The notes under the pieces: generated by a model
Databases searched by the model: none
The model's input: only the letters and a program-made list of their open reading frames with translations
What the model was told of the DNA's origin: nothing
Shown: one piece after another, positions 54,763 to 64,000 of the stretch
Layout of the letters: each line of letters begins with the position of its first letter
Position numbering within the stretch: the stretch's first letter is position 1
Translations under genes and position numbers: made by a program
DNA from: Tepidamorphaceae bacterium
GTDB taxonomy: Bacteria; Pseudomonadota; Alphaproteobacteria; Rhizobiales; JAKSCL01
Length of the DNA: 64,000 nucleotides
Reading direction: 5' to 3'
Assembly: GCA_028289445.1 (NCBI GenBank)
Contig: JANQPO010000017.1
Coordinates: forward strand, 479,537-543,536

Positions 54763-54789
54763 TTAGCACTCGGTATTTATGAGTGCTAA
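54763..54789 (+). promoter_or_regulatory. CIRCE operator (HrcA binding site)
   Basis: TTAGCACTC-ggtatttat-GAGTGCTAA, a perfect match to the CIRCE consensus TTAGCACTC-N9-GAGTGCTAA, 52 bp upstream of groES. Confidence 0.95.
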
Positions 54790-54840
54790 CAGTCTTCCGA
54801 TTAACATGTGTAATCAATCGACTACCGGAGGACTTCAGGA

Positions 54841-55152
54841 ATGAATTTCCGCCCGCTTCATGACCGTGTCCTGGTCAAGCGTCTCGACGAAGACGAGAAA
54901 ACCGCCGGGGGCATCATCATCCCCGACACCGCCAAAGAAAAGCCGTCCCAGGGCGAAGTGATCGCCGTTGGTCCGGGCGCCCGCGACGACGATGGCGAGC
55001 GTATCGATCTCGACGTCTCCGTCGGCGACCGCATCCTGTTCGGCAAGTGGTCCGGCACTGAGATCAAGCTCGATGGCGTGGATTACCTCATCATGAAGGA
55101 ATCCGACATCATGGGTATCGTCGAGGCTTCCGCCCAGGCGAAAGCGGCCTAA
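54841..55152 (+). CDS. groES: Co-chaperonin GroES
   Basis: 103 aa. [35 protein letters not shown]. Confidence 0.97.
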   Translation: MNFRPLHDRVLVKRLDEDEKTAGGIIIPDTAKEKPSQGEVIAVGPGARDDDGERIDLDVSVGDRILFGKWSGTEIKLDGVDYLIMKESDIMGIVEASAQAKAA

Positions 55153-55182
55153 CAGGCCCGACCCAATCCGTATCCAAGTTAA

Positions 55183-56844
<1,662 letters not shown>

Positions 56845-56883
56845 GTGACTTCGCTTGCATCTGCGCTTCTCACGCAGAAATTG

Positions 56884-56915
56884 AAAAGGCCGCCTCCAGG
56901 CGGCCTTTTCTTTTT
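56884..56915. terminator. Rho-independent, probably bidirectional, terminator after groEL
   Basis: aaaa-ggccgcc-tcca-ggcggcc-ttttcttttt. The A run and T run flank a 7-bp GC stem. It lies between convergent groEL and the DUF427 gene. Confidence 0.85.
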
Positions 56916-56954
56916 GGTCGCTATGTATGCCCGCCGGGCTGCCCGGCCATCACT

Positions 56955-57350
56955 CTAGTCGCCGATCACGAACCGGACCTTCGATGACCAGAAGGCATGG
57001 AGGCCGGCGATCTCTTTCGAGAAATCGAACGGGGCTGGGTAGGTCCAGCCGATTTCCTCGCCATTGAAAGACCAATAGGTGGCGTCGCCCTTCAGCGGGC
57101 AGTGGGTCGATTTCTCGATCGGTTCGAGGCTGACGGCAAGCGAAGTCGGCGGCACATAGATGACTGGGTTCAGTGCTTTCCCGGCGAACTCGATGATCCA
57201 GACGGCATCGTCGGTGGCGGCAATCAGTGTGTCACCGGTATAGGCTCGCACGCGGCGGCCGACGGGTTTGACGGCCATGAAATGATTGTCGTTGGCAGGA
57301 TTGCGGATGATGCCTTCGAGAGGCGCGGTACTGGTTGCAGGCTCCGACAT
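56955..57350 (-). CDS. DUF427 domain protein
   Basis: 131 aa. The pattern RVRAYTGDTLIA ... THCPLKGDATYWS matches my memory of DUF427. Confidence 0.65.
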   Translation of the reverse strand: MSEPATSTAPLEGIIRNPANDNHFMAVKPVGRRVRAYTGDTLIAATDDAVWIIEFAGKALNPVIYVPPTSLAVSLEPIEKSTHCPLKGDATYWSFNGEEIGWTYPAPFDFSKEIAGLHAFWSSKVRFVIGD

Positions 57351-57433
57351 GGCATTCGCTCTCCGCGAGATAGGGCAAGCCGCCCCGATCCAAGTGGATC
57401 AGATCGGCGCGGACTTGCCAACTCGGGTGGGCA

Positions 57434-58186
57434 TCAGCGTCTGAAGTCGGCGCTTGCCGAGCCCCACAGACAACGGGGATAGAACGGGAAGGTGGTGGTA
57501 GCGAAGTAGACGTACTCGCCGTTCAACATGCCGCCATTGCAGCGGTCGAGCGTGCCGCCGCCGGCATACTCCCAATCTTGGACGTAGGTTCCGTCATAGC
57601 GGCCACCGGGGCCGGACGGGCGCGTACCCGACTTCAGGCGATAGCCGGACTTGGCGCGATTGCCGATGTAGTGAATCTCGATGCCGTCGGCGGCGTACCC
57701 AATGTGAGAACCGCTGACTGAGCCGAGCAAACCCTTCGGCACGCCGTGATAATGGTAGAGGCCGCGTTGGTCGACATGGGCATTGTTGGAGTCTAGGCCG
57801 AGCAGGTCGCTGGCGCCCATGCCCTCAAGGTTCCAACCCGACGACCGGTCGCGGCTGAATCCGCGACGCGAATTCGGGTCCCAATAGTCCGCTGTTCCAG
57901 GCCGGATGACCACGCCGTTCAGGCCAATCCCAATCGCGCCGCGCTGTTCGCGCGCCCGCGATCCCTTCTTGGGATTGGCGGTGACGCAATAGCGCGCGTT
58001 CCGGGCACGGATCGAATGGGGATTGCCGCGATTGGGGAATGTGCCGGTCGCGTGGTTCGGCAGGCCGTCGGTTGAGATACATATCTTGCCGCCGGTCTTT
58101 TCAATCGAGACGTTGGCGTTTGCGCTGGCGGAAAGCGCGAGCGAGAGGCCGATGGCAGCGACGGCACAAAGGGATTGCGATTGCAT
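57434..58186 (-). CDS. YHYH domain-containing secreted protein
   Basis: 250 aa. Signal peptide, then GLPNHATGTFPN and the GLYHYHG motif. Confidence 0.65.
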   Translation of the reverse strand: MQSQSLCAVAAIGLSLALSASANANVSIEKTGGKICISTDGLPNHATGTFPNRGNPHSIRARNARYCVTANPKKGSRAREQRGAIGIGLNGVVIRPGTADYWDPNSRRGFSRDRSSGWNLEGMGASDLLGLDSNNAHVDQRGLYHYHGVPKGLLGSVSGSHIGYAADGIEIHYIGNRAKSGYRLKSGTRPSGPGGRYDGTYVQDWEYAGGGTLDRCNGGMLNGEYVYFATTTFPFYPRCLWGSASADFRR

Positions 58187-58303
58187 GGCAAAAGTCCTTG
58201 TTCCCAGAGGTGGACGACAGTTTCATGCGCGCAATCACGATTTGGTGACGTTGCGTGATCGGAACAAATTAAAGATCGGCAAGGTTGGCGGGGCGGCAGA
58301 TCG

Positions 58304-59305
58304 CTATGTGATGGCGTTGCCCTGGTCGTCGAACTTGAACGTTCGATCTCTGTCGAACGTGGCGGTGATCGACGAGTCGATGACGATCGACCTCTCGCCA
58401 AACAAGCGGACTGTAAGAAGCCCTGCAGCGCCGCAGTCGAGATAGACATTCGTGTCACCGCCCAGATGCTCGACATGGGTGACGGAGCCTGTCAGATCAC
58501 CGCTCTCTCCGTCGATTGAAATATGCTCTGGCCGAATGCCGATGGTCTTGGCATCGGACCGGCCGAGCGCGGCAGCGTGGATGAAGTTCATCTGCGGTGA
58601 GCCGATGAAGCCGGCGACGAACATGTTGGCTGGCTTGTTGTAAAGCTCCATCGGCGAGCCGACCTGTTCGACCCGGCCCTCGTTGAGGACGACGATCCGG
58701 TCGCCGAGCGTCATTGCTTCGATCTGGTCGTGGGTGACGTAGATCATCGTAGCGTTCAGTTCGCGGTGAAGGCGGGCGATCTCTAGCCGCGTGTTGACCC
58801 GCAGCGCGGCATCGAGATTGGAGAGCGGTTCGTCGAACAGGAACAGTTTCGGTTTGCGCACGATGGCGCGACCGATTGCGACCCGCTGGCGCTGACCGCC
58901 GGACAGTTCGGCCGGCCGGCGGTCGAGAAGTTCGTCGAGGGAGAGCATCGTCGAGGCCGCATCGACGCTTTCGCTGATTTCGGATGCCGGCACTTTCGCC
59001 TGCTTTAGGCCAAGCCCCATATTGTCGCGCACGGTGAGGTGCGGGTAGAGCGCATATGTCTGGAAGACCATCGCGATGCCACGCTCGGCGGGGGGCGTGA
59101 GGCTGACCTCCTTGCCATCGATTTCGACACCGCCCTCGGTGGCGTCTTCCAGACCGGCGATGATGCGCAATAGGGTCGACTTGCCGCAGCCGGATTGGCC
59201 GACGAAGATGATGAACTCGCCGTCCTGGACATCGAGATTGACGCCCTTCAGCACCTCCACCGTGCCGAAGGCCTTGTGTATGTTGTCGAGCTTCAGCGAC
59301 CCCAA
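58304..59305 (-). CDS. Sugar ABC transporter ATP-binding protein (MalK/UgpC type)
   Basis: 333 aa. TTG start after the gggag RBS. GQSGCGKST, LSGGQRQRVAIGRA, LFDEPLSNLD. Confidence 0.9.
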   Translation of the reverse strand: MGSLKLDNIHKAFGTVEVLKGVNLDVQDGEFIIFVGQSGCGKSTLLRIIAGLEDATEGGVEIDGKEVSLTPPAERGIAMVFQTYALYPHLTVRDNMGLGLKQAKVPASEISESVDAASTMLSLDELLDRRPAELSGGQRQRVAIGRAIVRKPKLFLFDEPLSNLDAALRVNTRLEIARLHRELNATMIYVTHDQIEAMTLGDRIVVLNEGRVEQVGSPMELYNKPANMFVAGFIGSPQMNFIHAAALGRSDAKTIGIRPEHISIDGESGDLTGSVTHVEHLGGDTNVYLDCGAAGLLTVRLFGERSIVIDSSITATFDRDRTFKFDDQGNAIT

Positions 59306-59321
59306 AACGCGGCTCCCGGTG

Positions 59322-60380
59322 TCATAGATCGATCTCCCGGCCGGTGCGGATGCTCTCGTCGGCGGCCAGGCAGATGCGCAGCGACTGGACGGCGTCGGTC
59401 ATGTGCCGGGCAAGGTTCATGTCCTCGCGAATGGCCTTCAGCATGAACGCTTGCTCGCGATCGCACAGCGCCTGATGGTCGGGTTCGCCCTCCATCGCAA
59501 GGTCCGCGTCGGCGTGCCGGAAATGCCCGTCCGCGTCCGTCTCCGCGCGGTGGATACGGATGGTCGATGTCTTGGTGTGCGTGTCGATGTCGTCGGACTT
59601 GGCGCCTTCGGCCATGACGATTGAGACCGCGCCGTTCGGGGAGATGATGTCTTTCACGAAGAACGCGGTCTCTGACATCATCGGACCCCAGCCGGCCTCA
59701 TACCAGCCGACGGATCCGTCCTCGAAGATCACCTGGAAGTGGCCGTAATTGTACATCTCTGGCGCGACCTCGTCCGTCATGCGGAGGCCCATGCCGCGCA
59801 CTTTGACCGGCTTCGCATCGGTGATCTGGCACATGACGTCGACATAGTGGACACCGCAATCGACGATCGGCGAGGTCGATTTCATGAGCTGTTTGTGGGT
59901 CTGCCAGGTCGGACCCGACGACTGCTGATTGAGGTTCAATCGGAACACATAAGGCCCGCCGAGCGATCGCGCTTCCTCGATCAGCCGCATCCAGGAGGGA
60001 TGATGGCGCAGGATATAGCCGATAACGAGCTTGCGGCCCTCGGCCGTGGCAACCTCGACGACGCGCTCTGCATCGGCAACCGTCGTCGCGATGGGTTTTT
60101 CCAAGAAGACATGGGCGCCCTGACGCATCGCCGAGATCGCGTATTCGGCGTGGGACTCAGAGTAGGTGCAAACGGACGCAAGGTCCGGTTTCAGGTCGGC
60201 GAGCGCCTCGTTAAACGATGAGAGAAAAGGATAACCTTTCAACTCGGCGGGGAGGTCGACTGGAGAGCGATTGACCAGACCGACGATCTCGAAGCCGGGA
60301 TTGGCGTGATAGGCCAGCGCGTGGCTTTTGCCCATGTTTCCCAAACCCGCGACCATCACGCGGATCGGTCTGTCCGTCAT
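59322..60380 (-). CDS. Gfo/Idh/MocA family oxidoreductase
   Basis: ORF 59322-60749 trimmed to the ATG at 60380 (ATGA overlap with the permease stop). Rossmann IRVMVAGLGNMGKSHA and the FLEKPIA motif. 352 aa. Confidence 0.8.
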   Translation of the reverse strand: MTDRPIRVMVAGLGNMGKSHALAYHANPGFEIVGLVNRSPVDLPAELKGYPFLSSFNEALADLKPDLASVCTYSESHAEYAISAMRQGAHVFLEKPIATTVADAERVVEVATAEGRKLVIGYILRHHPSWMRLIEEARSLGGPYVFRLNLNQQSSGPTWQTHKQLMKSTSPIVDCGVHYVDVMCQITDAKPVKVRGMGLRMTDEVAPEMYNYGHFQVIFEDGSVGWYEAGWGPMMSETAFFVKDIISPNGAVSIVMAEGAKSDDIDTHTKTSTIRIHRAETDADGHFRHADADLAMEGEPDHQALCDREQAFMLKAIREDMNLARHMTDAVQSLRICLAADESIRTGREIDL

Positions 60381-61216
60381 TTCACTGCCCCCGCCGTGAT
60401 GCCGCGGATCAGTTGCCGCGAGAAGATGAGATAAAGAACCAGCACCGGCAGGATCGACAGCGACAGCGCCGAGAGCACCGCGTTCCAGTTGGTGACGAAC
60501 TGGCCGATGAAGACCTGGGCGCCGAGCGTGATCGTCTTCGTTTCCTCCGCCGGCGCCAGGATCAGCGGGAACCAGAGATCGTTCCAGATCGGGATCATGG
60601 TGAAGACGGCGACCGTCGCCATGGCCGGGCGCACAAGCGGCAAGACCAGGCGGAAGAAGATACGATATTCCGACAACCCGTCGATGCGGCCGGCGTTCTT
60701 CAGGTCGTCTGAGACCGTTTGCATGAACTCCGACAGGATGAAGATGCAAAGCGGCAGGCCCTGGGCCGTATAAACCAGAATGAGGGCCGTCAGCGTATTC
60801 ACCAGGCCGCTTGCTACCATCAATTGCAGGATGGCCACGGTGCCGAGCCGGATCGGGATCATGATGCCGAGCGCCAGGTAGAGGCCCATCAGCCGATTGC
60901 CCTTGAAGCGGTATTCTGCGAGCGCGAAAGCCGCCATCGCGCCGAACAGAAGAACGAGCGCCAACGAAACAACCGTGACGATCAGACTGTTCTGGAAGTA
61001 GAGGAAGAAGTCGCCCTGCTCCAAGACCGTCTGGTAGCCGATCATCGAGAACGTTTCGGCGCTTGGCAGCTCCAACGGCTTGCCGAAGATCGCCTTTCGC
61101 GTCTTGAACGAATTGATCAGGATGACGATGACCGGGAACAGCGCGATGACCGTATAGGTCGCCAGGATCGCATGGGCGGCGATCGATCGGGCAGGGGAGT
61201 GTCTGGCGGCGTTCAT
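60377..61216 (-). CDS. Carbohydrate ABC transporter permease (MalG-like)
   Basis: 279 aa polytopic protein. EAA loop NAGRIDGLSEYRIFFRLVLP. Confidence 0.85.
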   Translation of the reverse strand: MNAARHSPARSIAAHAILATYTVIALFPVIVILINSFKTRKAIFGKPLELPSAETFSMIGYQTVLEQGDFFLYFQNSLIVTVVSLALVLLFGAMAAFALAEYRFKGNRLMGLYLALGIMIPIRLGTVAILQLMVASGLVNTLTALILVYTAQGLPLCIFILSEFMQTVSDDLKNAGRIDGLSEYRIFFRLVLPLVRPAMATVAVFTMIPIWNDLWFPLILAPAEETKTITLGAQVFIGQFVTNWNAVLSALSLSILPVLVLYLIFSRQLIRGITAGAVK

Positions 61217-61226
61217 CGCTTGAAGC

Positions 61227-62156
61227 CTAGAACTGATAGCGGCGAAGCCGCGTTTGAATGCCGAACAGGTAAATGCTCACCCCGGCCAGGATGATCAGGA
61301 ACATCGCCGAGGCAATGGCTGCGCCCATGTTCGGATCGCCGAGTTGGAGCTGAAATCCGAAGAACGTTCGGTAAAGGAACGTGCCCAGAATGTCGGTCGA
61401 ATAGTCGGGGCCGGCAAGCGCACCTTGGCTGGTATAGATCAGGTCGAACGCGTTGAAATTGCCGACAAAAGTGAGGATCGAAACGATCCCGATCGAAGGA
61501 AGGATCAAAGGCAGCTTGATCTTCCAGAACTGCGACATGCCGGTGATGCCGTCGCATTCCGCCGCTTCGATGATCTCGTCCGGGATGGTCAAAAGCGCCG
61601 CGTAGATCAGCATCATCGGTATGCCGACGAACTGCCAGACGGACACAAGGCTGAGCGTGGTCAACGCATAGGCCTCCTTGCCGAGCCAAGGCTGGTAGAG
61701 GCTCTTGAGGCCGACGGCGTCGAGAATGCCGGGCGCCACGCCCCAGATTGGGCTCAGGATCAGCTTCCAGGCGAAGCCGACGATGACGAAGGAGAGGATC
61801 GTCGGGATGAAGATCGCCGTGCGGTAGAAGGCCTTCAGGCGCAGGCTCGGACTGCTTAGGAGCGCTGCCAGCAAGACCCCGATCGGATTCTGCACCAGCA
61901 TGTGAATGAAGAAGAACCAGAAGTTGTTGCCAAGCGCGTTCCAGAAGCTCTCCGACCAGCGCGGATCGCCGAAGAGGGTCTCGAAATTGGCGAGGCCGAC
62001 AAAGGTCTGAACGTTATCGACGGCGGTGTAGAGGGAAAGCTGCAGCGTCGAAAAGAGCGGTAGGATCATCACCGCCGTATAGACGAGGACGGCGGGCGCC
62101 AGAAAGACGGCGATATGCCATCTGACCGGCTTCTTGCCCCTCCGCCCGGCGCTCAT
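61227..62156 (-). CDS. Carbohydrate ABC transporter permease (MalF-like)
   Basis: 309 aa polytopic protein. EAA loop EAAECDGITGMSQFWKIKLP. Confidence 0.85.
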   Translation of the reverse strand: MSAGRRGKKPVRWHIAVFLAPAVLVYTAVMILPLFSTLQLSLYTAVDNVQTFVGLANFETLFGDPRWSESFWNALGNNFWFFFIHMLVQNPIGVLLAALLSSPSLRLKAFYRTAIFIPTILSFVIVGFAWKLILSPIWGVAPGILDAVGLKSLYQPWLGKEAYALTTLSLVSVWQFVGIPMMLIYAALLTIPDEIIEAAECDGITGMSQFWKIKLPLILPSIGIVSILTFVGNFNAFDLIYTSQGALAGPDYSTDILGTFLYRTFFGFQLQLGDPNMGAAIASAMFLIILAGVSIYLFGIQTRLRRYQF

Positions 62157-62174
62157 CGAAAGCGAGTTTGGCAG

Positions 62175-62204
62175 CGACCGGGCGGGCGGCAGCCCACCCG
62201 GTCG
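62175..62204 (-). terminator. Intercistronic stem-loop after the binding-protein gene
   Basis: cgaccgggcgggc (62175-62187) pairs with gcccacccggtcg (62192-62204), 12 of 13, with a 4-nt loop. Confidence 0.45.
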
Positions 62205-62211
62205 AGCGCGC

Positions 62212-63468
62212 TTATTGCTGCGGCGCGTACCAGCTTGCCAAGCCCTCCTGCAGGCGTTGGCCGGCTGCTTCCGGCGTCTCGCTTCCCCGGATGACGTTGG
62301 CCGAGGCGTTCCAGGTCTCGTTTTCCAGGTTCGGCGTGCCGCGCGACAGGATCTGGTAGGTCGAGCGGATCGTCGAGTTGCAGGCCTCGCGCCAGGACAC
62401 GAATTCCTGCGCCAACGGATCTTCCATGGTCACGGAGTGATTGGAGAGCGAGAAGAAGCCTGGAAGCGCGTTGGCGTAAAGCGAAGCGAATTCGGCCGAT
62501 CCGACCCAGTTGAGGAAGGCCATTGCGGCATCGGGGTTCGGCGTCTTCGGGTTCATGCCAATCGCGATATCCGTGTGATCGGAGATATAGCAGTCGTCCC
62601 CGGCACTCTTCACTGGCGGATAGAACGCGCCCATCTTGAAGTCGGCCTGGGCATTGAAGCCGGCAATTTCCCAAGAGCCCGCAGGATAAATCGCAGCACG
62701 CCCAAGGGTGAACAGGTTCTGGCTGTCCGGATAGGTTTGGGCCTCAAAGCCATCGCCCAGATAGTCCTTCCAGCGGGCGAGCGTGCGATAAGGTGCGACC
62801 CAGGCGTCATCGGTCAGCTTCTGTGTGCCCGCGATCAGCCCCAGGCGGCCGTCCTCACCCTTCCAATAGTTGGGGCCGATATTGTTGTAGCCCATGGTGG
62901 CGGCTTCCCACTGGTCGTTGGTGCCCATCGCCATGGGGATGTAGCTGCCGTCTTCCTTGATCTTGTCGAGGGCGGCAAAGAATGCATCCTCCGTCTCCGG
63001 CACTTCGATGCCGAGTTCGGCAAGGGCGTCGGCGTTGTAGATGAAACCGTGGATGACCGAGGCCATCGGCACGCAGTAGGTGACCGAGCCGTCGTCGGTG
63101 CTCCAACCGGCCTTGGCCACGCTGCCGAAATTGGCCATACCCTCCAGGTCCTGCACAGGTGCCAGATGACCCTTCTCGTAAAGGCTGAGCGAGGCATCGA
63201 ACGGGCGGCAGGTGATCAGATCGCCAGCCGATCCGGCTTCAAGCTTCGAATTCAAGGCGGCGTTGTACTCCGCCGGTGCCGTCGGCGCGAAGGTGACCTT
63301 GATGCCGGGGTGTGTGGCTTCAAAGGCCGGGATGATCGAGTCCTGCCAGATGGTCAGGTCGTCATTGCGCCAGCTTTCAATGGTCAGCGTGACGTCTTGC
63401 GCGGCGGCCATTCCGGCGGCGCCGACAAAGGTCGATGCGAGCAGTAGTCCTTTAAGGGTGTTCTTCAC
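62212..63468 (-). CDS. Carbohydrate ABC transporter substrate-binding protein
   Basis: ORF 62212-63915 trimmed to the GTG at 63468 after the ggggagaaag RBS. VKNTLKGLLLASTFVGAAGMAAAQ signal peptide. 418 aa. Confidence 0.8.
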   Translation of the reverse strand: MKNTLKGLLLASTFVGAAGMAAAQDVTLTIESWRNDDLTIWQDSIIPAFEATHPGIKVTFAPTAPAEYNAALNSKLEAGSAGDLITCRPFDASLSLYEKGHLAPVQDLEGMANFGSVAKAGWSTDDGSVTYCVPMASVIHGFIYNADALAELGIEVPETEDAFFAALDKIKEDGSYIPMAMGTNDQWEAATMGYNNIGPNYWKGEDGRLGLIAGTQKLTDDAWVAPYRTLARWKDYLGDGFEAQTYPDSQNLFTLGRAAIYPAGSWEIAGFNAQADFKMGAFYPPVKSAGDDCYISDHTDIAIGMNPKTPNPDAAMAFLNWVGSAEFASLYANALPGFFSLSNHSVTMEDPLAQEFVSWREACNSTIRSTYQILSRGTPNLENETWNASANVIRGSETPEAAGQRLQEGLASWYAPQQ

Positions 63469-63486
63469 TGTCTTTCTCCCCACTGA

Positions 63487-63530
63487 ATTGCCGTTCGGTT
63501 CGGGCGCCGAACTGGAAACCGAGCGGCAAT
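63487..63530. promoter_or_regulatory. Long inverted repeat (14-bp arms, 13 of 14) in the sugar-operon leader/promoter
   Basis: attgccgttcggtt (63487-63500) and aaccgagcggcaat (63517-63530), with a nested gttcgg/ccgaac pair. It starts 19 bp upstream of the binding-protein start. Confidence 0.4.
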
Positions 63531-63627
63531 GCTCGCAATCTTTTGCAGAGCTTTGCAAGCCCCAGATCGGTGAGTGAGGTAAAATCCTCAAACACGCTGC
63601 CGTTTCACTCCGCTGCGACGTGTGGCT

Positions 63628-64000
63628 ATGGTCGGGCAGGTGAAACCGGGGGCGAAAGTGGAGATCACGGTTGTCGAGGCTCTGACGGACCCCGGTTCGG
63701 CGGATCGCGCGAACGAGGACCGCTATGGGGCGAATGATGCCTGTGCGTTCGTCATCGACGGCGCGACGGGCCTCGGCGAGCGCCAGATCATGACGGAAGC
63801 CGGTAGCGATGCCGGCTGGTTGGCGGATTTGGCCGCAGAGGCCTTCCAGCAGAATGTCAGCTCCGCGACCGCGCTTAGCGATGTCGTTCGGGGTATCGCG
63901 GAACAGGCGGAGCACGGCTACTCGTCTGCCGCGAACGGCGAGGCGATGCCGCGCTATGCCTGGCCGACGGCGAGTTTCGCCATGCTGCGTGCCACTGACG
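63628..64000 (+). CDS. PP2C-like protein phosphatase domain protein, N-terminal fragment (runs off the right edge)
   Basis: Not in the ORF track (no stop in the window). My translation from the ATG at 63628 reads MVGQVKPGAKVEITVVEALTDPGSADRANEDRYGANDACAFVIDGATGLGERQIM... with no stop to 64000. The NED...DGATG pattern resembles PP2C_2-type proteins. Confidence 0.5.
   Translation, partial: MVGQVKPGAKVEITVVEALTDPGSADRANEDRYGANDACAFVIDGATGLGERQIMTEAGSDAGWLADLAAEAFQQNVSSATALSDVVRGIAEQAEHGYSSAANGEAMPRYAWPTASFAMLRATD

Noticed and set aside
62134-63447. 437-aa + strand ORF
   Set aside because: It is antisense to the sugar binding-protein gene, which has a signal peptide, an RBS and operon context. 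The + frame has no recognisable family.
63469-63915. N-terminal extension of the 567-aa ORF 62212-63915; similar long 5' extensions at 60381-60749, 3398-4045, 1180-1542, 1787-1906, 53872-53991 and 31387-31833
   Set aside because: The extensions overlap better-supported genes or intergenic DNA and are Arg/Pro-rich. Each is followed by an internal start with an RBS and a sensible N-terminus (signal peptide, Rossmann fold and so on). The genes were trimmed accordingly.

Overview
High-GC, densely coding chromosomal segment that looks alphaproteobacterial (Rhizobiales- or Rhodobacterales-like) from its protein families, CIRCE-controlled groESL and transporter content. I support about 62 protein genes. 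I found no rRNA, tRNA, CRISPR array, transposase, integrase or phage gene. Left to right: smc (5' fragment), dsbA-like, DUF721, mutY; SapC and IalB family genes; a translationally coupled GMC and FAD oxidoreductase pair; a roughly 26% GC intergenic island; a TRAP transporter with an enolase-superfamily enzyme and a PhyH dioxygenase; a minus-strand operon (SDR, CoA-transferase III, FabH-like KAS III, beta-barrel OMP, MMPL/RND exporter, secreted 172-aa protein) preceded by pirin; a LacI-regulated Agl-like sugar ABC operon; a ROK-regulated Frc/Rbs-like sugar ABC operon; HAD, NUDIX and IMPase genes; uraH-xdhABC fused to a binding-protein-less BMP-type ABC importer; SDR, glycerate kinase and hyi; a regulatory neighbourhood (orphan receiver, Omp19/Inh-like lipoprotein, Crp, unknown membrane protein, degenerate sigma-54-type activator); EamA; a DmdA-like GcvT-family gene divergent from an O-methyltransferase; groES-groEL; DUF427 and YHYH proteins; a third sugar ABC operon with an embedded Gfo/Idh/MocA oxidoreductase; and a PP2C-like gene fragment. 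The best candidates for something undescribed are three. (1) The compact KAS III, OMP, RND and secreted-protein module. (2) The activator-like protein that has lost both GAFTGA and the Walker B glutamate, and sits behind three helically phased GGAC-N-GTCC palindromes. (3) A dense TGGAC array upstream of pirin and the KAS III gene string, which may link those two loci. Two families of small intergenic palindromic repeats and a stem-loop after every binding-protein gene are also visible. Many long ORFs in the track are antisense shadows typical of high-GC DNA and were rejected. All family assignments come from motif recognition by eye; no database search was run.
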